Source: Octopus sinensis
Lineage: Eukaryota
Length of the DNA stretch: 64,000 bases
Reading direction: 5' to 3'
Assembly: GCF_006345805.1 (NCBI RefSeq)
Contig: NC_043007.1
Span: forward strand, 29,388,001-29,452,000
The notes beneath the pieces were generated by a model. It saw nothing but the letters and a program-made list of their open reading frames with translations. It made no database searches and was not told the DNA's origin. Shown in pieces: positions 53,576 through 64,000 of the stretch (the stretch's first letter is position 1; each line of letters opens with the position of its first letter). Position numbers and translations under genes: made by a program.

Positions 53576-54474
53576 TTACTAGAAATGAAAATAGAAGTGG
53601 AATTAAGAACGTTCTAATTCTTTTAAAGCCTCTTCGTATTTAAAATGAATATATCTTATGTCAAAAGTAGAATTATAAATGGACAAATAATTCAAGTTTA
53701 AATTTTACCTTTTTTCCGTCAGCAAAGCGATTGATAATCGAACTATTAGTTAATGGTGGTTGAAACTTCAAATATTTTACTTCTATGGGAAGGAAACGAT
53801 AGAATTGGAGCTAAAAGGATTCTTTACGGTTGACCTACATGATTACATGCAGACACAAAAATGATCTGCTGGTTATTCCGGCTATATTGGCCAGTCCTGT
53901 TTTTAGACTGACCATTATCGATAATTCCAAGAGTTAAAAGGTTGACGAGTATTAAATTGCTGGAAGTATGTGGCCATCTTTATTCCTGTATTCAAAACAA
54001 TTCATAGAAATCCAATTTTTCCTTTAAGAAAGATATTGTAGCGTGTTGCTAAATGCTTCGTTCTTAGCGGTTCCAAGTTAAACCAATGAACAGAAACAAC
54101 CTCTGCTTTTATATTTTCAGGAATATTTTTTCCGACATCAAGTTTATTTCACCCATTAAACAGTCTATAATTTGCTACTTTGATGCTTTTCTTTATCTCG
54201 GCATCTCTAATATTTTCGGCTTATCTTCTGCCGAGTTATTACATTCTCACGCAGCTGTAATTCAATTTAAGTTAGGTGTCAATTATTCACAGAAGCATAA
54301 AATATATACGGAGTAATATACATATATAACAAAATCAATAATATCGAGTAGAAAAGAGAATATAAGATTATATATATAGCTATAAATGTATATATATATA
54401 ATTATATATATATATATATATATGTATACATACATATATGTGTATATATATATATATATATAATTATATATATA

Positions 54475-54525
<51 letters not shown>

Positions 54526-54600
54526 ATATAGACATACTACACACACATACACACAAACACGCACATATATACACTATATACTGGTACATATATTTATATG

Positions 54601-54700
<100 letters not shown>

Positions 54701-55408
54701 ACACACATGTTCATATATATATATATATATGTATATATAGAGAGATACTTACATACATACATACACACGCGCACACACACAGACATACACATATATAAAC
54801 GTGTATCGGGTGTTATATTTGATTACCTTTGATTACTTGAAAATATGTTGTGCTTCCATAACATTGATTGTGACTAAAAGCTTCGCAATGGAAAGCTTTA
54901 GCAGCCATTATAGCGGGACGCAGAGGCTGTGTCAGTGGGATTTGGTAATCGCACAGCGTTTTCATAGCTGGGTATGAAGGCTGGGGAAGAGGGATCGGGT
55001 AGCCCTGTCTTATTAAAGCTTGGTATAGCTGTGCAAGTGGGCTTTGATAGGGGGGGGGTATTATTGCAGATGGGTATAGAGGCTGCATAAGAGGTATATA
55101 TGGCAGCCTTATAGTATTGGAGCATGGTAAAGACTGTGTAATAGGGATATGATGGAGAGGCTATGTGAGACAAATATGGTAGCCGTGTGTCATTAGAGGA
55201 GGAAAGAGACGGTGTAAGAAATATGTGGTGGAGGAGATGCCTGCTGTTGCAAAGCTGCAATAAATGTCGTTGACGTCGGAGGATTTATTGAAGTGTGACG
55301 CTGGGAAGGGGAAAAAATAACATTGAAAAGTTTTCATCATAATAGTCAATTTTGCCACCCATTTTATGGTTCACACACACACACACATACATACACATAT
55401 ACACGCAC

Positions 55409-55441
<33 letters not shown>

Positions 55442-55602
55442 ATATGCGTACCTACATAAGTAACAACATACCTATCTGCCTGCCTACCTATCTACCTACT
55501 AGCCCACTTAACTACATACACACATGCATACATGTATACGTATGCACACACATACACACACTCACACACTCACACACACACACTGCGTGTGTCTGTGTGT
55601 GA

Positions 55603-55642
<40 letters not shown>

Positions 55643-55762
55643 CATAAATAAGAGAGAAATATAGTACGATAAAATTTATTTTACCAGTGGAAATTCTTAT
55701 TTAAAGACAACTGTTTCGTAACTTAATAAACGTGTGTACATAATTTATTCTATAATACTTTG

Positions 55763-56455
55763 TAACAACAACAGCAACAACAAAATCAACCACAACCAGA
55801 GCAACAGCAGCAACAACAACAACACCAATTGACCAGTGCGGTTCTTGCAGAACTGCAACAATCGATCTGTGCTTTAAAAGGGGAAGTAGCAGGAATAAAA
55901 GCAACCATTCAGGTTGGACTCCACAATGAGGGGTCTTATCGGAATGCTCTGCTAAAGAACCTCCCTGTACCTGTACCTCTTGTCGCATTTAAGACCGCGG
56001 ATTCTGCCACCCATGAAGTCATTGCCATTGGGGTACCAGAAGACATGGCTGATCTTCAGGCTTTTGCTGCCAACTCAGCCAAAGACCTAGGCTGCGTTCC
56101 CCCAACGGGTGCTATCCGCCTTGGACGACCTGGCCCAAAACCTAGGCTCATCAAGTTGTCTTTTACGGACCCCACTGAGGCAACCTCTTACCATCTGGCC
56201 TCAGTTAAAGCTGGGCGGGAAAATCGGACCACCTTCCGAACACGCCCAGGCTTACCGTCCAATGTACGTCCGAAGCTACGTGTAGTGGCTTCCCTGAATA
56301 GGAACTCAGCTCTACAGGAAAGCTTCAGTCTTCGAGAAGATGGACAAATCTGGAGATTTGTCAAGACTGCTGAAACGTGGAAGAGAGATACCAGCTGGTC
56401 TGAGTGCTCTCTACCCACAATAACTAAAAAGACTACAGCAACTCAGGGAAACTAA
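55763..56455 (+). CDS. LINE ORF1 (poly-Gln N-terminus, coiled coil, RRM-like region); no ATG
   Basis: QQQQQQNQPQPEQQQQQQQHQLTSAVLAELQQSICALKGEVAGIK...VIAIGVPED...IRLGRPGPKPRLIKLSF resembles the CR1/L2 ORF1 RRM pattern. Bounded upstream by TAA. Confidence 0.75.
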
Positions 56456-59274
56456 GCCAGAACAACCTGCCATCCTCTACACACCATCATAAACTGCGAG
56501 CAGGGTACAAATTGTTGTCCTTAAATGCTCGCAGTTTATGCAACAAAATACATTTGTTCAACGCCTACGTCAGAAGTGTTGACCCTGACTTCATCACTGT
56601 CACGGAAACATGGGCGCATTCCTTACTCTGTGATGGGGTTTTCAACATTACGGGGTACAACCTCTTCCGTAAGGACCGCACTAACCGCCGTGGTGGTGGT
56701 GTGATGGTCTACGTTCGTTCAAATTTTTTGGTAATTCCTTGTGCCGATTTGAACGAATCACAAGAAGAAGTTTTTTTGTGTGACGTGCGTATGACCATGT
56801 CAACACTCCTGCTTGGCGTTGTTTATCGTCCCCCAAGTTACCATCGGGACACACAGCTTTGCAATGTCCTCCGAGCTGCTGCCAGGAAAACAGCCACTTA
56901 TGTGTTTATTGCAGGCGATTTCAATCATCCTGAGATCGATTGGGAGACCTTCCATTGGCCACAGAGTGCAAACGATTTTGTTGAGCTTGTGCTGGACTCA
57001 AACTGGTCACAAGTAGTCACCTCTCCAACAAGAGGCGACAACACCTTGGACCTGCTCTTCACCACAACTCCTGAAGCGGTTATCAATTGCACTACGGAGG
57101 AACCTCTAGGTGACTCTGATCATGCTATGATCATCGCCAATCTGGCTCTTGCGGGCAACAAAAACCTGAACCATCTCCAATCTGCTTCCTTCGATTGGAA
57201 GAGAGCAGATTGGAACCTGTACCACACTGAACTACAGCACCCAAACTGGCGTGAATTCTACAACTCTGGAGATGTGAATACTATACTCCAGAGTATCCTG
57301 GACTCAATATGGGCAGCATGTGCAGCATCAGTGCCACGTAAACAAAAAAAGAAGAACCGCCCCAAAAGGCAATTTGGGAAACTTCAGCGGTCCGACTTGC
57401 CAGGAGGGAACGTCGGACTGCTGAACGGGAATACAGGTTGCATAAATCAGACACCAACAGGAAGAAGCGGAATAAATCCTCCAACCATCTCAAGCAAGTG
57501 ACAAAAAAAGCAGTGCTTGAATTTGAACAGTGCATAGCAGCCAATCCTGACAGCAAGGTTTTTCTGGAAATATGTGCACTCAAAGCAGAGACCTCACTCT
57601 CCAGTGGGCCCTCTTCGCAACCCTCACACAAACCAGATCACTGTCGACCCCAAGGAATGCGCAGAACACATTGCCGAGTGCTATGCAAACATATTCACTG
57701 TTGAAAGTCAAAATGTACCATCTTCACCATCACTAACAGCAAACTCCATAACAACTATGGAATTTACACCTGCAATGCTGCGACGTCACCTTCAAAATAA
57801 GCGCAACTATGCCTCCCCTGGTCTCGATGGAGTTACATACCTGCTTCTCAAACGTGGCAGGCACTTCCTTTTACACCAGCTTTCTATTTTCTTCCAGTAC
57901 TGTCTCAACAATGGTGCTACTCCGGAGCAGTGGAAAACTGCCAGTGTCATTCCTCTGTTCAAAAAGGGCGACCGCACATCACCTGTCAACTATCGCCCAG
58001 TCAGTCTCACTAGCTGTATTGCAAAACTGATGGAATCGTGTGTCAGAGAAACACTCTGGAACTTCTGGAGCTCTCACAGTCTCATCCGACCCTCACAATA
58101 TGGATTTGTCCCTAACTCCAGCTGCAGTGACCAGCTTGTCGAGTTCCTTGAGGACATTACTCAGATTACTGACAGTGGCTCATGGGTGGATGTTGTCTAC
58201 CTTGACTTTGCTAAGGCTTTCAACTCTGTGCCACACAAAGGCTTATGGTGAAACTCTCTGCAATGGGTGTGGGGGATGACCTTTTTAACTGGTTGAAATC
58301 CTTCATCCTCAGCCGAAAGGAGGTAGTCACAGTTCTAGGACAGCACTCTACACCATATGAGATGTCATCGGGTGTACCACAGGGATCTGTCCTTGGTCCC
58401 CTCTTGTTTGTGGCATACATTAACGACATAGATGCCAATTTAAAGAATGCCACAGTATTGAAATATGCAGACGACATCAAGCTGTACCTTGAAATCAAGA
58501 GGACAGATCCTGATGTCTACAACTCTTTCCTGCAATCAGACCTAAACACAATGCAGCAATGGATCACAGACTGGCAACTGAAACTGGCTGTGGACAAGTG
58601 TACCACCATGCATTTTGGGAGAAAAAACCCTGCGTTCACTTACTCCCTCCACAACACTGATATCAAGAAATCCTCTTGCGAGCGTGACCTAGGCATCACT
58701 GTCAGCAGTGATTTGCGTTGGTCAAAGCATATCTCTAAGATTGTCAGGAAGGCCGAGGGTGTCTTGGCATCACTCAGCAGGTCTTTTGTTAGCCACTCTC
58801 CAGCCATCTATTTAAAACTGTATACAGCTATGGTACGACCACACTTGGAATTCGCATCATCAGTTTGGAACCCCTATCTTGCACAGAACATTGACCTCCT
58901 GGAATCTGTCCAGAGACGTGCAACCAAACGCATACCCTCCATCAGACACCTACCATATTCTGAGCGCCTTTTTCCCTGGGCATGGATTCACTGAAGCTCC
59001 GGCGTTTGGCGACGGACTTGGTAAACACCCACAAAGTTATCAACCACCTCACCAACAACAACACTGAACACTTTTTGATCTCCATGTGTCTAACACACGT
59101 GGACATGCCTACAAAGTCAGAAAACAATACAGCTCCCATGACTTTCGGAAACATTTTTCACGCTCAGAGTTGCTGAAGCATGGATATAAACTGCCTGCGT
59201 CAGTTGTTGACTGCCATGACACTGCATCTTTTAAGGCCCTCATGCTTTCCGAAATCCGCCGAAACTACACCTGA
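56428..59274 (+). CDS. LINE ORF2 (APE endonuclease plus reverse transcriptase), split by single-base indels
   Basis: LNARS, VTETW, GGGV, VYRPP, GDFNHP, LDLL, SDH (APE); QYGF, YLDFAKAF, SGVPQGSVLGPLLF, YADD, RDLG, RPHLEFASSVWNP, LESVQRRATK (RT and C-terminus). No nonsense codon once frames are rejoined. Confidence 0.9.
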
Positions 59275-59467
59275 TTATATATACACTTTAGATGAGTTGT
59301 AGTGCACCTGAGCACTGTACACAATTATTATTATTATTATTATTATTATTATAAGTAATAAATGACATGTCTGCATTAATGTATATGCAATGTTTCCAGT
59401 GAATGTAGATCTAAGGAGGTTGTTTACGATTATCACCGGATTAGTTGAATCCATATATTGTGACTAA

Positions 59468-59680
59468 AATTTATTCTTTTACTTGTTTCAGTCATTTGAC
59501 TGCGGCCATGCTGGAGCAGCGCCTTTAGTCGAACATATCGATTCCAGGACTTATTCTTTGTAAGCTTAGTACTTATTCTATTGGCCTCTTATTGCCGAAC
59601 CGCCAATTTACGGGGACGTAAACACACCAACATCGGTTGTCAAGCGATGGGTAGGGGACACACACACAGATGCACAAACA
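59468..59680 (-). mobile_element. SINE family A 3' half
   Basis: TTTTACTTGTTTCAGTCATTTGACTGCGGCCATGCTGGAGCAGCGCC... Confidence 0.85.
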
Positions 59681-59949
59681 TATATATATATATATATATA
59701 TTATATATGTGTGTGTGTGTGTGTGCGTGTGTGTATGTGTGTGTATGTGTGTGTATACTTTTTCAATGTTTACAAATAACATGGAATAAATAAATAAATA
59801 TTTCCAGGGTAGTAAAACTTCACGTAGGTACCAAGGATGTAACAGCCTACTTATAAGGTAGAAATTCCAGGTTTCGGTGAAATGTTTTTGTCTATCATAG
59901 ATAAATAAATAAATGATGTTAAACGCAAGTGTTATTCAAATCTTTATAC

Positions 59950-60035
59950 AGCCGACATATGTTTCAAAGAAAACATTGGTATTATTCCAGAAGGAATAAA
60001 ATTATGTAAAGTATTGCAATCTTCTCATCAGGGGA
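59950..60035 (-). ncRNA. Type I hammerhead-ribozyme-like motif (weak stem I)
   Basis: Minus strand CCC-CTGATGA-GAAGA...TTCTTT-GAAA-CATATG-TC|GG; palindromic ACATATGT in stem III. Confidence 0.5.
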
Positions 60036-60143
60036 AAAAAAGAGAAACAAAACGCATCAATAACACATTTTAACCGAATGTGATTACTGCATATATAATG
60101 ACGGGAACGCCGGTAAGTTATTTAAAAAAGGTGATATATATAT

Positions 60144-60222
<79 letters not shown>

Positions 60223-60765
60223 CTAGTAGAGTTAGCGGTTGGAATAACCATCTAAGGGATAAGAATATCCGTTTTTACTACCAGTATAAAATTACCTATC
60301 TTAACTCGGGGCATACATATGCAAGCATATTATGCTCATAGGATACAGGCAATAACAAAATAAACAAGAGTTTATCAGGAATCACATTTCTGCTTAATTT
60401 ATTTATATATAGTTGGAGAACTTCGTACAATGCAGTAAAGAGAATAAATTTAATAACGTTTATATATTTCGAACACATCATCAGAACAATCAAACAATTA
60501 TTTGCCTATATTCTCATGTGTGTACGTACGTGCATGCGTGCGTGTGTGCATGCGTGTGTGCATGTGTGTGTGTGTGTGTGTGCGTGTGTATGCACGTAGA
60601 TCCATATATGGAATATTATCTTCATCCATTAATAATGATTGGATGTCAGTCATATTTCTTGACACTTTCCTACGTCAAGCGAACTGATAACTGCCAGAAA
60701 AAAGACATTTCATTGTCAGTCACGTGACTCAGCATCTCAGATCGTAAAGCAAACGTGAAAAAATA

Positions 60766-60802
<37 letters not shown>

Positions 60803-60898
60803 ATATGATATCCTTGTTTATATCATATTTATTTTGCTGTAATGTATGTACATACATACATACATACATGTATACATATATATATATGCATGTATATG

Positions 60899-60951
<53 letters not shown>

Positions 60952-61122
60952 ATGTGTCTGTGTCTGTGTCTGTGTGTATGTCTGTATAGACATATACAAA
61001 CACACATCTACATACTTATATATCCATATATCTATATATGTAAATATATGAATATATTTATATATATATATATATAACAGGTACACACACACATATATAC
61101 ATAAATATACAAATAAATATCT

Positions 61123-61165
<43 letters not shown>

Positions 61166-61183
61166 ACACACACACAGACACAT

Positions 61184-61223
<40 letters not shown>

Positions 61224-61932
61224 CAATGTATATGCATAAGTATATATCTATTTATATATGTATGTGTACGTTATTAATGACAAACGGATGAGAAAAGAGA
61301 ACGAAAGGCTTGTTGAGGATGGAGCATTTTTATGGCGAGTGAAGCCGAGAGTTTGTCTCGCGACTGCAGTGGGATCATCTGGTGGGACTCTGGTGGGATC
61401 ATCTGGTGGGACTCTGGTGGGATCATCAGGTGAAACTAAAATAACTCATTTTTGGTGGCGAATCATTGAGGTAGGTGGGTGGACTGAGACTTGTGTTATT
61501 CGATTGGTTGTAAGTTGTATCGATGTTGTGGGTTGTTATTAGTTTGTTGGTGGAAAAAGGTGGTAGGTTGGTGGTAAGTGCGTTAATTGATTTTTCTGAC
61601 AATTATTATATTTAGTTTCATTATTTGATTTCTTTGAGTAAACTTAACCTGGGTGTATGTATGTGCGGAGTATTTCAATTGCGTTCTATGTATGCGTTTA
61701 TCTGTAAAATGGGTGTGTACTCTTCTGTGCGGCTGTGTGTGTGTGTGTGTTATGGAATTTTGCATTTCTTTAAAGAAAATGTGCTTATAGGTGGGTGGAG
61801 GTGTGCGGTCATTTGGTGCGCTATTTTCTGGATGAAAAATATCTCCTTGGTCAGTGGTGTTATTCATTTGTTTACTTCTGTAAAGATTCTGTAACGATTT
61901 TCTTTATGAGTGTGTATGTGCGTGCGTGTGTA

Positions 61933-61999
<67 letters not shown>

Positions 62000-62299
62000 T
62001 TATCAGCCGAATGTTTTGAATAGGTTTCTTTAATAATGTCTTTTGAATGGGTTCAGTTAAGGGTGCGTTTCTAATGAATGTTGTATCTGCTGTTCATTTT
62101 GAGGAGGTGGGGTTGTTTATGTGAACAACATCGGTGCTTTTCTAGTTGAACAGATGACTATTTATTTGTGTGTGTGTGTGTGTGTTGTGTGTGTGTGTGT
62201 GTGTGCTGCCCGTGGTCAGTTCTTGTGATATTGTTTAAATTTTGGTACTGGTCACTAGTTAAGAGACAAAGTAAAGGGCTTGTGTTTTAGTGGTGGCCC

Positions 62300-62830
62300 T
62301 TAGAAAGCCTCTGCTGCTAGAATCCCTAAACTTCGCCAAAAGATTCGCTGAAATTTGCGATCAAAATATAGACATCATCATTCACACAAATCACTTTGAT
62401 GTCACTATCGGGTCCAAAGATGGAGCTGAAACATGTGGAGTTGTAGGACTTCACATGTAGGACTTCACATCGTAGTCCACATAAGCAAAATATCTTCCAA
62501 GACCGGCATGTCCCAAAATAGACGCTTAGGAGATGGATAAATTTAAAGATTACCTAATTGAATTATTTAAGGAACTAGACCTGGAAATAATGGAGGAGAC
62601 AAACATATCGAGAGTAAACTAATTGCAACGTTGATGCTGAGAGTGAAAAAGAGAACTCTTACGGAAATCCCAATGAGAAACCTTCATAGATAAATATAAA
62701 TTCTAACCATCCACCATCCGAAATAATAAAAAAAATCTTCGTTATCAAGGATTTCGACTGTTTCATCTGATAAAGATATTTTTGATAAAATAGCATCGTT
62801 TTATAATGAAGCACTAAAATCAATGGTGTG
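62300..62830 (+). mobile_element. Penelope-like reverse transcriptase remnant
   Basis: FDVTIGSKDGAETCGVVGLH, LIELFKELDLEI.EETN, ININSNHPP and ISTVSSDKDIFDKIASFYNEALK match PLE RT motifs FDV.MGS.DGAE.CE.VGL, YIN..SNHPP and YN.AL. Confidence 0.8.
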
Positions 62831-62876
62831 CAACAGGCAGAAACATATATATTATGTATGTAATATATATTATATA

Positions 62877-62947
<71 letters not shown>

Positions 62948-63001
62948 ATTGTTGAATTGAAGAAATGGAGCTGACACGCAGATTGAACAGAAATCGTTTT
63001 A

Positions 63002-63090
63002 TTTCATTCTACACGTGTTTCGAAAGGCACAATTACCAAATACGATTTGAATAATGGACCATATGTGTTTCTTTCTCTTCAGGAAGACAA
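63002..63090 (-). ncRNA. Type I hammerhead ribozyme motif, left arm
   Basis: Minus strand TTC-CTGAAGA-GAAAG...CTTTC-GAAA-CACGTG-TA|GAA. Confidence 0.65.
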
Positions 63091-63233
63091 AAGAAATCCG
63101 TTAGAGAAACAAAAACAGAACATAGGCGGAGCAAAACCCAATCGAACTATGCTCGATTGGGCTTTAGGAGCATAGTTCGATTTGGTTTTTGCTCCGCCTC
63201 TGTTCTGTTTTTGTTTCTCTAACGGATTTCCTT

Positions 63234-63324
63234 TTTTCTTCCTGAAGAGAAAGACACAATATGGTCCCCATTTTCAATCGGATTTGGTAATTTGGTGGCC
63301 TTTCGAAACACGTGTAGAATGAAA
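63234..63324 (+). ncRNA. Type I hammerhead ribozyme motif, right arm
   Basis: CTGAAGA (63242-63248); stem II GAAAG (63249-53) / CTTTC (63300-04); GAAA (63305-08); palindromic ACACGTGT; GTA| cleavage triplet (after 63316); stem I TTTTCTTC/GAATGAAA with one mismatch and one G.U. Confidence 0.7.
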
Positions 63325-63553
63325 TAAAACGATTTCTGTTCAATCTGCGTTCAGCTCCATTTCTTCAATTCACCAATAAGTTTTAATTTCAATTATCCGC
63401 AACCAACGCACGGTTGCAACGCCAGATGGTGGTACCTCCAACCGTGCTGTTTACTGCTGTGATTTTTGCTACTAAGGTATCGGTTAACTTTTGATTAATC
63501 TACAACAAGATTATTCATCTTTCTATTTCACATTATATATATATATATGTATT

Positions 63554-63591
<38 letters not shown>

Positions 63592-64000
63592 GCACATATA
63601 TATATCTATGTATATACATATGTTAGTTTGTGTGTGTGTGTGCGCGTATGTTATTTTGTTTCTGTGTAGTTTTATCTATATAGATGTATCTTTCCTCTTA
63701 CCTCTTCTTCTATGTATGTCTATGTATATAACACAAACCTGTATATAGGCGTTCTTCCAGCTTACAACACCAATTCAGTTTTTAGGGCTGAATGTTTTTT
63801 TCCTTTTGGCCGGGGTCCCACGTGTAGGTGGCGCTCTGTTTGCTTTCGCTTTCATTGATGTTACGAGACGCCATTAACAAGTGAAATGAAACAGTTTTGA
63901 AGAAGTCCAAAACTTGTGTTTTGTTTGTAATTGTTTATCTAATTTATTTATTCTTATTAAAAAATTGAAACTACTTTTATCTTAATTGCATGAGAACAAC

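Larger units (their letters stand above)
55762..59352 (+). mobile_element. Near-full-length CR1-group LINE with ORF1, APE endonuclease-RT ORF2 and (TTA)n tail
   Basis: ORF1 plus ORF2 motifs as listed below; 3' end TAGTGCACCTGAGCACTGTACACAA(TTA)n. No TSD could be identified and the 5' boundary is approximate. Confidence 0.95.
62946..63379. repeat. Near-perfect 434-bp palindrome (arms about 209 and 212 bp, 13-nt spacer)
   Basis: Arms 62946-63154 and 63168-63379 are reverse complements apart from scattered mismatches and small indels; spacer gattgggctttag. Confidence 0.95.

Noticed and set aside
55600-59370. Target-site duplication around the long LINE
   Set aside because: No matching direct repeat found between the 5' flank and the sequence after the (TTA)n tail.

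Overview
AT-rich, microsatellite-saturated animal genomic DNA. The SINE/LINE content looks most like an octopus genome (inference from repeat families; no database search was run). There is one 100-N scaffold gap at 46702-46801. Almost all ORFs in the supplied track are microsatellite artefacts. Host coding signal is limited to two phase-1/phase-1 minus-strand exons of an unidentified, partial gene: 32196-32606, with four 20-aa SRRTS...DRRGS repeats, and 587-754, an acidic exon absent from the ORF track. The rest is retroelement and DNA-transposon material: a near-full-length CR1-group LINE (about 55.76-59.35 kb) interrupted only by single-base indels, a second decayed CR1-group LINE and a 3' stub of a third, an L1/Tx1-type 3' fragment inside (TATC)n, R4/Dong-type fragments (one inside (TAA)n), a complete dead mariner, a Helitron Rep remnant, Penelope-like RT and GIY-YIG remnants, and at least three tRNA-derived SINE families. 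The most notable observations are: (i) hammerhead-ribozyme motifs with palindromic stem III and long loop II, including a 434-bp fold-back carrying one on each strand; (ii) a G GGA AAC slippery heptamer exactly at the LINE ORF1/ORF2 -1 junction; (iii) two SINE/LINE shared 3' tails, one pairing a SINE with a Tx1-type LINE; (iv) several retroelement 3' ends embedded in specific microsatellites.
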